Shown: positions 51,063-64,000, numbered from the stretch's first letter. The stretch is 64,000 bases of DNA from Camelus ferus (GCF_009834535.1 NC_045697.1:103480001-103544000), one strand, 5' to 3'. The notes: generated by a model not told the origin, from the sequence alone. Made by a program: numbers and translations.

Positions 51063-54000
51063 GAGCTTAGTTATTTGGCCCCTGATTACATTGGTATTTG
51101 TGCAATTTAAAAGAAATTAAAGTAGTTGGAGATCATGGACTCTGCCTAGGTTCAAATCCCAGATCCATAACCGTATGACCTTGGGAAGATCACCTTTCTC
51201 GGCCTCAGTCAACTCATTTACAGATTGGAGGCGACAACCGTGGTAACTTCACAGGGTCTGTGTGAGGATTCAATTCATTCATATTCATTAAATGCATACA
51301 ACAGTACCTGACAAATAATAAGTTTTAGCAAATAGCAGCCGAATTCCAAGTTGTGTTGGAGCCTGAAGCATATACAAGTTGGTTTCTCTTTAAACCCAAA
51401 TACACAAAATTACAAATACTAGAAACACTCAGGGTTAGGCATGTGTCAGGTGCTAGGGACCTAATAGAATCGAGGCATTTTCCCTGCCTTCTAGAAACTT
51501 CTATTCCACAAGTGAAGGCAGAAAAATAAACAGACATTTACAAGTGAGTCAGATTATTTTTGAAAACAGCTGTCTTTGGGCACTCTCATTTATTTTGAAA
51601 GGAGTATAAATTGGCTTTCCTGGAGAGAAATGGGGTAATAACTATAGCAAAATATCCTTTAAAATGTGAAAATCATTGCAAATATATAGTGACTCTCCAC
51701 TGGGAGATTTATCTAAGGAAACAGATAAGCATTCACAAAATCACCACACACACACATATTTAAATATATGTTGTTACTGTAGCAAAGAATTTAAAATACA
51801 TGGTTGTTTAATAATGCAAGGATTAACTAAATTGTGGCTGAGGATTACGTGTTACTCAAATGATTTTCTATTCACTGACATGTAAAGATCTTCACTAAGT
51901 GTAATTAAGTGAGGAAAAAAAGATTATATAACAGTGAGCATTATACTCAGTAAGAGAACGAGAGGGACGGCGATGATGGCCGTGGCCCAGAGAGTTCCGT
52001 CCTCGTGCTGTTTTGCTTGGAGTGGTAAAATAACAGGCAAAATTTGAGTTTTTTCTCTTTTATTTGTAATTTATCTGCAGAAAACACATTTTCATATTTA
52101 TGTTTTTAAACAAGTAAAGAAGCTTTTAGAAAAGAATGACTACACTTCACCCAGGGTAATAAACCTGATCGCATTTGCCCTCACTTCTTGGTCCACCTTC
52201 AATACAAACACATATTGAGTAAACCATCAGTTTTTCCAGACTTGGAATCACCTTCTGGCTTGGACTGAGACGTGTTGGAAGAGTAGGTAAAGGGCAAGTT
52301 TGCGAGCCAGGACAGGACGTGAGCTAAGGAGACACATACTTTCTGGAAGACCGCTTGTCCCTCCAAATCCAGATCCACGGGTGGAGCATAACTACGATCT
52401 AAAGTGTGGGCATAAAATGCTAATGGCATTGATAGAAAATAACACATCATCTCTGTGGTTTCATTGGATCGATTTCCTTGGAAGTAATCAGGTGTGTTCA
52501 TCTCCATTGTCTTTGCTGCTCTCACCTTCACGGCAGCTGCCACTATGCGAACTGTCTGAGGTAGGTGGTGATGGTGAGGGCCCTTCATTTTTCAGGGATG
52601 GAATAAGAGGCTTAAATATTTGGGCTTATAAATATTTCGAGCATACAAGTGAAATAAATTTTATCCCACATCACTCTTACGTCCTTCTTCCCTCACCCCA
52701 TCTTTTTCTGTTGTTGTTGCAAACAGGTCCTATTTTATTCCTTGATGTGAATGAGATGAACAGAGTCAAATGTAATCTACTCTTAACCCCATACAACAGG
52801 AAGGCTAGTCAGTTAGGCTGCTCTGCTCCTTTGGGCAAGTGGGCACCTCTCCATCTGGGAAAGCCATTGCACCTAGAGAAACCTGCACTCTCTCCTCATA
52901 CCTGGCACTGATGCCAACATTTCATGAGATTTATTCCTTTAAGCTATTAAAGAACTCCACCTTATTAAAATGCACATGAGCAAAATCGCATATTGGACCT
53001 GCTATTATCACCTGATCAGAAATGAATTTATAAGGTCTCTGCCATGATGACATTTCACTGAAAAACCGGGGAAGAGACCAAAAGCACAGGAATTATCTTA
53101 GAGGATACTTAGAGGGTAGACGTTGGAACCCACAGCCAAGGCTCAGTGCCATGCGGACACTTGGGAGGAACACACCGGTAAGAATTCCAGTGTTGTCAGG
53201 GCATGAGACCAGAATGAGGAGCAGCTCAGCAGGGAAACTCTGGGAAGACACCAAGGACAACAACTTTCTTCAAACAGCTCTTCCCTTGGTGCTTGTTATC
53301 CACATGGGAGGCTAAAGGCGCCATCTTAGAGGCTCAGTTTCCCCTGCTGAGAGGCCAGGCTCATCCCTTCCTCACACACCTTCTCTACAGAAACCTTGCT
53401 TCTGGTGTGTCTTACAGTGGATGTCCTTTTTATTCTGTGGCACAAGGTCTGACTTGCCATGGCCCTCTCAGACTGAGGGTGGGTGAGCTATGGGGACCTA
53501 CCTCATCATTGCCACCATTATAACGATCCTTGCAAATCCCTGTCAGATGCAAATATTCAGCTGTAGTACTGGCATTCGTCTTGCAAATGGCCAAAGGAGG
53601 AAAATAATCCCTGCCTGAGTTTTGTTCAGCAGTTGTTCCCAGACAAAAGTTTCACTCTTCCTACCATGACACTCTGTGCAGGGTTTGTGTGAAATTCACA
53701 GCCTTGTACTTTGTCAATAATATCTCTAAGTTAGGCGAATGCTCTGGGGGCAACAGAAAGTTGCCAGTGGTTTAGGAATAAAGGAACTTCAAAGATGGAA
53801 TGAGGCCATGCACAGCCAAGGCTTCCTCGGCTCCAGCGAGTGGAGACTAATAAAATATTATTCTTTAAAATACATACATACATCTTAAGAATACAAAAGT
53901 CACCTGCCTTTCTATTTTGAAAGAGCAACCAATTTTCTCTATAATAGGTTTCCTCCAGAATCTCTTTCTCTCTTGATTTTTGAATTTTTATCAGTGTACT

Positions 54001-54626
54001 ATTAAATTTTGCTGACAATAAAATATTCTCAAAATATCTTCTTAAGGTATTTGGGGTCGGGGAGTTGGGTCCCATAAGACTCTAGTTTTCCTTCATGTGT
54101 ATTTAGGGAGTAACCTATGTGCTGAAGGCAGAACTCGTGTGTTCTCTGTCTAGCTAAGAAAGTGAAAAGTTAAGTTTCAGTGAAGGTTCTGAGATCTTTG
54201 TTGCCAGCTGAATAGGAATGGATGCAAAAGGTCAGCTTTGGAAGAAATCATTACTTTCAGGCATATAATCATGAAATGATGAAGAAATGTTGATTAATTA
54301 ATGGTGTGATTGCGAAATGGGAGAAAAAGTTTCCAAAAGTGTTCAGATTCTGATCCTTGTAGAGTTCACATCAAGGAAATTCACTTACCTTCATATTTTA
54401 AAATTTATTTAAGCTGTGATTCTCAGAGGATCTTATTTCTGGGACCAACTGAGTATGCAATCTGTGGCCCTGTGTTCATCTATGTATAATTAGGAGTCCT
54501 TTCCTTTGCCAGGCACTGAACAAATACATAAAAATTAAAAAGAGAACAAGGTGTCGTTTAGATACAAAGTTAGAATGGACCCATAGTCTAGCAAATGCCT
54601 CTATTAATTATTCACTACCTCCCCCA

Positions 54627-54685
54627 CCCAGTATGATTAGAGTAACATTCACCTTGGCTCTGGACTCAGTCGGAAGCTGTGACTG
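54627..54685 (+). repeat. Copy 1 of a 59-bp direct repeat
   Basis: Ungapped match to 56335-56393, 9 mismatches by hand count. Confidence 0.9.
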
Positions 54686-56334
54686 CCCTCACCATGTTTT
54701 GTGTCCTCTGCAACCCACGTGTCTCCATTCTCCAGCATAAATCAGAAAGCCATGCTTCTCCTTGGCAGGAAGTATTCTTCTCAGCTGAGCTTTTTAGAAG
54801 ACCCTGGAGGACAGAGGGTATTATTCTTTGCTCTAGTTACAATTGATGAAGATGGATGTTGGTTCCCCAAATTCTGTTGGGGACAGTTATGAAAAGAGGA
54901 CAATGCTGTATGTTTTGAGGCAGCTGATCATTCTCTCGGTGTGGGTGACTTTCTAGAAATGTGTCCAGACGTTGCTGCAGGCTTTGTCACAACAGAAACA
55001 CCTAGGTAGTCTCTGTTTCTGAGTGTTTTAGGTAACAACAGATGTGCTTCTCATTGCAGTGCCTTTAGCGACTGCAGAGACATCCATCTCTCCTGATGTT
55101 AGAGACAGAAAAAGCCAACTCCTTAAGTAAAACAAAATTGAGAGCAAAGCGCTAATGGTAATATATTGGTAGTTTCCAGCTACGTTACGTTCACTAATCT
55201 GACTGTGATAAAACAGCTTCTAATGTGAAAAGTTACAGAGAGGTAACATCCAGTCTTAAATTTTTGTTTTCTCCTTGGATTGAAGGCCTGAGGTGCCGGA
55301 GTTGTTCTTGAACTTGACCCTACAAGTTTATAACATGTTGCATTTTAACTACAGCACAGTGCTTGTGGGAGACACCTTTACACCAAAAAAAGCATGTGGA
55401 TTTGATAACCCTCCTTGGAAATCAAGGACATCTCTTTTTTGGCTGTCAACATTTTTTTTTTTTTTTTGACAGTCTAAAGAGAAAGCACTGGCCCAGTTCA
55501 TTAATGTTTTGGAATGAATTTAGTTATGATGTATCATAATAGAAATGGATTGTGGGGGGGGTGGTTTTGGTAGTTGAAAAGATCAACATTTTCACATTAT
55601 CAGTTAAAATCACATTAGTAAGAAATATTTTGAAAATTGACTTTAAATAAACTTGGTGGCAGGTATTCAAGCAGAGAAAACACCTCACAGATGTAGGAGT
55701 GCACTTTTAAGAATTAGAAGAACCACATACCTTGGAAATTATTTGGTGACATCTAAAATATTCCTAACTTTTTATACATTGTACTTTATTTATGTGAGTT
55801 GGCCATCCAGTTTTAATTAGTTTCGCTGAGGTAGAATTAGCTTGAAGTCGATTCATTCCCCTGCAAGATGAATAGCATCCTTATGTACCACAGATTTCCA
55901 ACACCAACTATAATTCACAAAAGCCCAATACAACTCTTTTCTTTGTAGCTGGGTAACCATTTATGTTTGAGGTGAAGATGTTAATATGGAAATTTTGTGA
56001 GCTGGGAAAGAGGACGAACGCTATCATTCTAATTTATGACCTTTCATATACGGCCAAATGTAAAGGCAACTTCAATTGTTTTATATCTCAGGGCCAGCAC
56101 ATAGCAGATGTATGAAATTTGGAGTGTCAGACATAAACTTTTATTACCGAATTATAAATAATTTCTCCCACTTACAATGTTCACCTTTCAAGTTCATCTT
56201 GATTAAAATACAAGGGCAGCGTTGCACCGATTTCCCTGCATTTTACAGCCAAGAGAGGTTTTCTAGAGTTCACAGTGGAGCAGAAAGCATCACAGCATTT
56301 GGGAGCTTTTCCTCATAGGAGTTCAGACCCTGCG

Positions 56335-56393
56335 CCCAATGTGATCACAGTAACGTCCACCCTGGCTCTGGACTCAGCCGGAAGTTGTGACTG
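56335..56393 (+). repeat. Copy 2 of a 59-bp direct repeat
   Basis: Ungapped match to 54627-54685. Confidence 0.9.
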
Positions 56394-56912
56394 TGATTCA
56401 AGTTTTACCAAAACGATGGCCAATGAAGTCTGAACCTTTATTTAAACATCTCAAGTGTTATCTCTGAAACCAAGTGCCCACGATGTAGAATATCCCGTCT
56501 TTTGGTAAAAATAAAAGGCACCACTGCCTTTGCTGAGGAATTTGCCCATTAGTCCGTAAATTTATATTACTTCTCAGAAGATACTCAACAACTATTCTTT
56601 CTTCTTGTTTTCTTTAACAAGTAAGTTTCACATCCTATAATAAAAGGTAGATGACAGCGGTCCAAATACCCAAACTTAGAATGTGACGGCTTAGGTGTTT
56701 TTATTGTCCAGTCTGACCATCCAAGTGCATGCCCGCACATCATATGGCTAACGCGTTGCTGGAACAACACTGCCAGTATTACTACACTGATTTAGGTGTT
56801 AAAATCTGCTTTGGAGAATGTGGACCAATCCAGTTTCATGTTTGTGTCTCTCTTCGTCACCATCCTCAACATAATACAATCACCCACATGTCCGCAGGGC
56901 TAGACCTGAGAC

Positions 56913-57528
56913 TGTGACCGAGCCACAGACATGAGGCTGTTTCCCAGATGCACAGCAAGCCCAACGCTAAGATGCTGAGACTTGCAGCAGAGGAGAGGTG
57001 TATTCACAAGTTAGCCAAGTGAGCAGGGAGAACAAATTTTAAAACCATCCCCCTCAAAGGTGAGGGGCTTGGGATATTTATGGGATAAAGCTGAGATGTG
57101 GGGAGACTGAGGAAAGATAGTTGGAGATAGGAACAAGGTGAGGTAATCATTCTGCGCAGGTGCAAGTAAACGACAGACTTTTTCATGGGATGCATGTTCA
57201 GAAAATAGCCAGCATGTTCTGAGGGTGGAGTTTTGGGTCCTTTGACGTCAAAAGGTTGGACACTTGCATAAGCCTAATGGGAAAGTCAGTGGTCCTAATC
57301 AGTCTTAACCTGCTTGAGCTTCAACTGGACACAGCTAAATCCAAATTTCTGAAAAAAAAAAAACAAAAAACCAAAAAAAAAAAAAAACAACTTAAGCAAA
57401 CATCTTACTGTTTAGGCTACATGGAAGACATGCACATTTTCATAAAAACAATTAAAGGGAGCATGATCTGTGAAAGTGGATTACAGTTTATTCTTTGTTT
57501 GGCTAACTGACGACTAGCCTTGGTTTCA
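56913..57528 (-). mobile_element. ERV1-type solo LTR
   Basis: TGTGACCGAG...GGTTTCA termini; flanks AGAC/ATAC; first ~100 bp resembles the 49107 LTR. Confidence 0.65.
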
Positions 57529-57654
57529 ATACCTTCTCTTATGAACATGAAACACTGAAGGACATAATTCTTAAAAGGTATATGTACAAAAAAACTGCAG
57601 AAGTCTGGAACGAAAAAAATGAAATGGCAAACCTTCATCTCAGAATTGTTATGC

Positions 57655-58705
57655 CAGCATTTGCTTATGTTAAGAATATTAGCTTCAAGAGAATGAGAAG
57701 ACAAGCCACAGCTTGGGAGGAAATATTTGCAAAGGACACACCTGATAAAGGACTGTTACCTAAGATAGATAAAGAACTCTTAAAAGTTGATTTTAAAAAA
57801 TGAACAATCTGATTCAAGAGTGGGCAAAAGATTCGAAAAGACACCTCACCAAAGAAGATGAAGAAGAAGATATACGAATGGCAAATAAGCATATGAAAAG
57901 ATGCTCCACAGCAGATGTCATCGCGAAATACAAATTAAAACTGCAATGAGATACCACTATATACTTATTAGAATGGCCCAAACACAAAATACTGGAAACA
58001 CCAAATCCTGGTGAAGATGTGGATCATAAGAGAACTCAGTCTTTCTGGGTGGGAACACAAAATGGTACAGACACCCTGGAAGGCAGTTTGGCTTTTTCTT
58101 ACAGATGCAAACATACTCTTATCATACGGTTCAGCAGTTGCAATCCTTGGTATTTATCCAAGTGAATTGAAAATTGATGTCTCTACAAAAACCTGCCCAC
58201 AGAATTTAATAATAGCTTTATTCACAATCGCCAAGACTTGGAAGCAACCAAGATGTCCTTCAGTTAAGGGAATGAATAAATAAACTGTGGCCCATCCAGA
58301 CAATGGAATGTTATCCAGAGCTAAAAAGGATTGAGTCATGAAGCTATGAAAAGATGTGGAGGAACCTTCAATGCACATTACTAAGTGAAAGAAGCCAATC
58401 TGAAAAGGCTACATATTATATGATCCCAGGTATATGATACTTTGGAAAAAGTAAAACCACGAAGACAATAAAAAGATCAGTGGTTGCCAGGTATTAGTGG
58501 GAAGAAAGGGTTGAAGACATAGGCGAGGCACAGGTGATTTTGGGGACAGTGAAATTACTCTGTATAATACTGTAATGGTGGACACTTGTCATTCTATGTT
58601 CATCAAAACCCATAGAATGTACAACACCAAAGTGAGCCTTAATATAAACTATGGACTTGGGGTGATTATGATGTGTCAGCGTAGGTTTATTAATTCTAAC
58701 AACTA
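57655..58705 (+). mobile_element. L1M ORF2 C-terminus and 3' UTR (L1MB-like)
   Basis: KRMRRQATAWEEIFA and ALFTIAKTWKQPRCPS. Confidence 0.9.
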
Positions 58706-60350
58706 AACTACACAAGCTAAACTAAATCCTGTCATATTATTTTTATGAAGTTTAAAGCTCCTTAATAAAATGTGTTCAAGGCTTTGAAGATTTGTTCTTA
58801 GTGGTCTAGTGTTCCAAAAAAGTCTTGCATTTATTTTCTTTGTAAAATAAAACATGATGGGTGGGGGGAACCCTGTGAAATATGGGAAGTTGTTTTGTCG
58901 ATTAGTAAAAGTCAATTCTTAGCTGCTGAGGGGGTTCTGGACACAGTCACATTTTGATAAACATTTTGGCTTATGAACAAATTCATGGTGTCCACTCCAT
59001 TTGTCTAGTTGGGCCCTTACAGATCTGTGCCCCTTAGAAAAGTTTGCAGTTGCTTTGCAGGTGAACCACATCCTTAGAGTTCTTCATTGCCCCCTGCACA
59101 CCAATCGAACTGACCCCATGAGGGGTCTTTGCTAAAGGGAGAGAGGCTATGAGTTAAAAATTCTTTTTTGAATAATTGAAACAATCAGTGTGGAATATGG
59201 TACCATTTGATGTCTTTTGTGAAGAAGGTTTTTAGGAACAGGGCTTTATATCCTATTATTTTGTGAGGGTTTGTTTTTTTTTTGCAGCTAATTATTTTAT
59301 TTAAATGATACTTATATTTTTAAAATTTACATTATATTTTATATTAAAAGATCTTCAGATACAGCCCTTTTCAATAAATCTATAATTACTTAGTCTTTAC
59401 GCAAAGTGAGCTCTTACAAAAGCATATAAAGAAGTTCTATTTTTCTATCAAATCACACCTAGCCATTCTCTGTCCCCTATACCAATCAAAGGTTCATTTC
59501 TTCTGCCTTTAGCTGAGAGGCTTACAAGAGGGTGAACTCATTTTGTCTTAGGAAAACGTTTGTACTTTAGATCATGTAACACTTAAACAGGGTTAAAGAT
59601 CTGTTTAAAGATACTATCACTTTGTTTATAACATTGCAAATCTGGAATAGAATTAAAGTATAAGTTTTAAGCTGATGAGGATATGTGTGTAGGGAAAAAA
59701 GGAATCAAGTCTTGAAATAAGTTTTCTTCTTTTTCCCTTCCTTTTAATAGCAAGAATATTGAGATTTCATGCAAAGTTCCAAACCAAGTTCCCATAGCAG
59801 CACTTAAATAATGTCTGCACACCATTTCCAATTAGAACTAGTTTGTAATGTAACGCAATTTATGCCTTTGTGAGTTACCTTAGTGATTTCAATTTGTTGT
59901 GTCGATTAACGTCGCTACGGAAACAATCTCGTGCTAATCACGACTTCGTCTATCACACATTTAATCAAAAGTGGGTTTAAAGCTTCGAGGCTGCTTGTTT
60001 TATTTATTTATTTGCATTTAATTATTCAAATTCAGGATATTTCTTAGTATGTATAGTCATTACTTTAGCAGTGAATTTCAGTTCTATGACTTCAAGCTCT
60101 TAACATTTCTGCCTAAAGAAATCCTGGCCAAAAGATCATTTCCAGTTTTGTTTTTGTTTTTTGTTTTTTTTTTCAAGGTCGGGTAGGGGAGGAGGGTGGA
60201 TGATGTCTGCTTTCTGTAATGAGAGAGCCTTTTGACTCCGAGGCACCAACTCTGCATTCAGGCAAACGTGTATGCTGGGATTTTGCGCGCTCCGGAGCGG
60301 GTTGCAGGCCTTTTCGGTCCTCGCGGGCTGCCGTAGTCAGGGAAAGCAAT

Positions 60351-60369
60351 GATTGGCTGAGGCGGGAAA
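60351..60369 (-). promoter_or_regulatory. Inverted CCAAT (NF-Y) box followed by an E2F site
   Basis: GATTGG at 60351-60356; GGCGGGAAA (reverse complement TTTCCCGCC) at 60361-60369. Confidence 0.7.
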
Positions 60370-60474
60370 GTGCCGCCGCCGCCTCGGCGATTTCAGTTTC
60401 GGTTTCGCCCGGTCGGTCCGCGGAGGCCGGGCTTGTGGGCTTCGTGGAGTGCGGTTTCTGTTCCTGGCCGCGAG
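60370..60474 (+). other. Probable non-coding first exon (start approximate)
   Basis: Directly downstream of the CCAAT/E2F motifs; ends at consensus donor GAG|GTGAGC (60472-60480); no ATG inside. Confidence 0.65.
60391..60406 (+). promoter_or_regulatory. ISRE / IRF-binding element
   Basis: TTTCAGTTTCGGTTTC: three TTTC half-sites with 2-nt spacers; contains the AGTTTCNNTTTC consensus. Confidence 0.8.
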
Positions 60475-60849
60475 GTGAGCCACACTGCCGCGCGGGCCGT
60501 GCGAGGCCCCCGTGTTGCCGTCACCCCGGGCAGGGTTCGGGAGCGGCAGCCCGGGGCCGACCCGGCAGCCCCTGGAGGGGACCGGGAGCGAGCGCGGACT
60601 CGGGAGCCGGCGGCCGGCGGGTCCCCGCGAGGTGCGCGCTCACGCTCGGTCCTCGGCGCCCGCCTTGGCCGGGGTTTCTGGGGTCGCCGGCGCCTGGATT
60701 CCCCAGCCCGGCCCTGAGAACCCCTCCCCGAGGGCCGCCTGGATCGAGCGGGGAGGGACGGCACGAGCCGGGCTCCGCCGGGTTGGCTTCCGAGACCGCT
60801 CACTGTGGTCGAAGTTCCGGAGGGAGCCCCAACTTTAGCCCGGGGATTC

Positions 60850-60858
60850 GGCGGGAAA
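60850..60858 (-). promoter_or_regulatory. Second E2F consensus site, in putative intron 1
   Basis: GGCGGGAAA within the CpG island. Confidence 0.5.
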
Positions 60859-61821
60859 GCAGACCCCGAACCCAGGGCCAGGCTTCGCCCGGAACTACCT
60901 GGCCTCGGTCACATCGGGTGGCTACTCCTGGCCCCCAGGAATTAGGAGGTGGACTAGCCCAGCTTCTCGAGTAGTCAGGTTGGGGGACGCCCACAACCGT
61001 AAGGGGTTAAGTGCTGTCACCCGGGCTTTTGTGTGTAGTGTGTGCGCGCGTTCGCAGCACGTATTTTTATTGAAGGTGTCTAGAATTAGGCTAGGCTGAT
61101 GCAGATCATCTTGACTGTGATTTGGTGTGTCCTTCCTTACCCCGTATTAGTACGAGACGGTTATAGAAAAGTAGGAAACACAGAAGAGTTTAGTAAGGAA
61201 AATAATATTCGTGGCACTCTTCAACCTACAATCTCTGTATTTTACTCTTGTTTGTACTAGTTTGTACTTGAGCTAAGGCTGTACCCATTTCATCACTTAA
61301 CAGTACATTTAGTTTTTAACTTTCATTTAAAAAATCATTCCTAAATTTCTAGTTTTATGTTTTCCTTTGATTGGCTACCTGTACCATCACTGTATAGGTC
61401 CTGTGTAACCAATTGTGTAACCATTTCCCAGCTGTGGGACATTTAGGATGTTTTGTGAATTTTTGCTTCATTTTGGTATACCAGCTAATACTTTAATAAA
61501 CCTTTTTTTTTTGGACCAATTCTGAGACGTGAAATTATTAGAATGGATGCTGTGGTCTTGTAGGGTCTTTTTAGGTCCTCACACACATCGCCAAATTGTT
61601 TTAAAAAATTTTAGTAGTTTACATCATTCACGTATGACTATACCTTACCAAGAGTAATTCATTTCTAATATATCAACCGGCAAGGCTGATGAACCTCTTT
61701 GAAATTTTTTTTCTTTTATGGTGGTCTCTGGCAATTCAACTTTCTTGACTTTTGGGCAGGAACAGAGGATTGTGTTAGTATGTGTTAATGTGTATTAGCG
61801 GAGTTACTGCATAGGCCGACT

Positions 61822-62005
61822 GAATGTTAGAGCAGGATGATCACTTAAGTGATCATCTGGCATAACTCCCTTATTTTGCAGATGAGAAACCTGAGTCCTG
61901 GAGAGGTGAAATGAGTTATCCAAGGCACACAGCTAATTAAGTAGCAGAGCTGGGATTAGAACTCAGGTTTCCCGCCTCCCAAGTGAGTACTCTTTATGCT
62001 GCAAC
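61822..62005 (-). mobile_element. MIR SINE
   Basis: ATTTTGCAGATGAGAAACCTGAG...CCAAGGCACACAGCTA...GGGATTAGAACTCAGG. Confidence 0.85.
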
Positions 62006-62498
62006 ATGTGGTCTCTCACTAAACTGTGGCTTACTCAACATTAAAATTTAAAAAGTGTTACATCACTTGGATTATTCTACTGTTTTATTTGGGGGGGGAT
62101 TGCAGTATAGTTGATTTACAATATTGTGTTAGTTTCAGGTATACAGCAAAGTGATTCAGTTATATATGTACATGATTTTATACTCTACTGTTTTAAACTT
62201 GTACCAAGTACCAGAAATCATCATCGTCTGAGGGATCTGTAGCACTGAAAAATGGAAAGTGACTGTTTTCATGGCCGGGACTAGAACATCATTTTTTAGA
62301 ACAGCAATCCCTTCAAGATTTCTTTGCCCATTTTCAGATTCTTTACATGTTGGAATAAAATATCTAATAAGTTATCGTTTATACTCTGTCATCTGGTTAG
62401 AACGTAGCTGTTCTCGTTTGTTAACCCTTAAAGGTTTTTAAATCTCCTTGTTGCTCTAAGATCAGAGAACAAGTGGTTTCTTGATTTAGAGCTTGTAA

Positions 62499-62717
62499 CA
62501 GTGTTTCTCAACCGCACTGGACATCTGGGGGCAGGTAATCCTTCGCTGTGGAGGGCCGTCCTGTGTTTTGTAGAATGTTAAGCGGCATCCCTGGCCTCTG
62601 CTTAACAGACACTGGTAGCACCTCCTTCCTCAGTCAGGAGAATCCAAAATGTCTACAGACATTTCTCAGTGTCCCTGTGGATGGGGTTTAAAATCACTCC
62701 TGATGGAGAACCACTTG
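62499..62717. mobile_element. MER20-like element, followed by a MER5-like fragment to ~62850
   Basis: CAGTGTTTCTCAACC...GGAGAACCAC termini; AGCGGCATCCCTGGCCTC core. Confidence 0.85.
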
Positions 62718-64000
62718 CTTATGGAAATTATTTGGGGACCTTTCTAGAATGCAAATTATAGTGCTTCTTACCTGGAGAGTCTGACCAGGGGTGGGTTTCA
62801 GGAACTTGTATTTTAACAAGCATCTGTGTTGATTCTGATGCAGCTAGTTCTTGGACAACACAGAAACCTTTCTGTTTTCTTCATCTTTTGTCCCGTGGCC
62901 AGTAATAGAGATATCACTAGGTTATAGCTGTTCACGTGCGTGGATGATGCTGTCCTAGTCACTGTACCCACTGTTGGGGGAGGAGGGGAAGGGCCAGGGA
63001 TTTTCCTTGGCACTGCCCTTAAACACCGCTTCCACAGGCCCGGGCAGTGTGCTCAGGGTCCAGGGATACCAAGTGAGCAAGACATTTTTCTTGTCCTGAG
63101 AACCTTAAAACCCACTGGTCAGCAAACAGGAAAACTACGAAGCAGCCTGCTGAGGGCCGTGACTGGGCACAGAGAGGGTGCTCTGAGTGCACAGGGTACC
63201 AGCTCAGCTTGGGCCAGAGGGGAGGAAAGTAGCCCCTGCTGCGTGGGGAGGACGGACTGGTCTGAATCCTTTGAAAGAGGGCTAAGTATCCTCTGTCTCA
63301 GACGGGAGATCTGTAGAGAGCTGGTGTTCTCCTTGTCTGATGCCTCTCTGACACGGATGTGGGAGTCCACAGCTGCATTTACTTGGGCTGTAGTGTCATG
63401 TTCCACTGCAGGTTTTTTGTTTTTTGTTTTTCCATCTCAGTGTTCTTTTACCCTAAACTGTAAATACTCTGAGTAGGTGAAAGTTTACAGTAAACATTGC
63501 CAAGAAACAAGGATCTGCATGTCTTCTCCTCTATGATATAACTCAGTCATATTAAATATATTTCCACCTGACCATTTTTATGTATCTTCACAGGCTAATT
63601 TATGGTACTGTCACTTTGAGTGTTTCCCCCCCAATACTACTGCTCTCCAAAGAGATCTCTCACTGTCTCCATGACCATTCCCCAGGTTTAACAAGAGAAT
63701 CTTGACATATTCAAAAGGGTAGCTGTACCTCTGAAAGAGCTTTGGGCTTTGGGGTCAAGCCTTTGTTCTGCTCACCACCTCGAAGGGTTACTACATGAAT
63801 TGCTCAGGAATCTAACGTGGCCAGGCACGTAGTTAGCTGGATGAATCAAACTTGGTCCCCCAACCCCCGTTCTTGACCTCTCAGTAGCTTCTGCCAGAAA
63901 ATATACTGCTTTTGACTTAATAGCCATTTATGAAAATAGGTCATTTGAAACAAGCCCAAGCAGGAGTCAGGGAAGGGAGAGGAGGCACAGAGGGTGATTA

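Larger units (their letters stand above)
60230..61050. promoter_or_regulatory. CpG island / promoter of an unidentified gene
   Basis: Abrupt rise in GC and CpG density over ~800 bp in an otherwise CpG-depleted window; contains CCAAT, E2F and ISRE motifs and a splice donor. Confidence 0.93.

Noticed and set aside
52199..52911. Overlapping 129-aa (-) and 203-aa (+) ORFs
   Set aside because: No recognisable homology or exon structure; a BLASTP or codon-conservation test would be needed to rescue them
53319..53327. YY1-like CGCCATCTT, plus isolated GAS and AP-1 motifs elsewhere
   Set aside because: Single short motifs are expected by chance in 64 kb
60219..60974. 251-aa ORF and overlapping ORFs in the CpG island
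   Set aside because: G/P/R/A-rich, open on both strands because GC-rich DNA lacks stops; runs through a splice donor; no recognisable domain
62940..63476. 178-aa ORF in putative intron 1
   Set aside because: Non-ATG start, overlaps L2-like sequence, no recognisable product
1..64000. CRISPR arrays, operons, rRNA or NUMT
   Set aside because: None seen; the sequence is mammalian nuclear DNA without regular repeat-spacer structure

Overview
Mammalian genomic DNA, most likely camelid. The assignment rests on three tRNA-derived SINEs resembling the Vic-1 family; it is recognition from memory, not a database result. About the first 60 kb is repeat-rich intergenic or intronic sequence: L1, L2, MIR, MER DNA-transposon fossils, MaLR/ERVL/ERV1-type LTRs, and degraded retroviral gag, pol and env fragments. 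I could not support any host protein-coding exon there. At about 60.2-61.05 kb there is a CpG-island promoter with a probable non-coding first exon on the + strand (splice donor at 60474/60475); I cannot name the gene. This promoter tightly combines a CCAAT box, an E2F site and a three-half-site ISRE. I found no clear novel biological system. The best leads are that promoter, a fossil retroviral env TM subunit missed by the ORF track, two unexplained local duplications and a short perfect hairpin. Repeat subfamily names and most repeat boundaries are approximate, by-eye calls.
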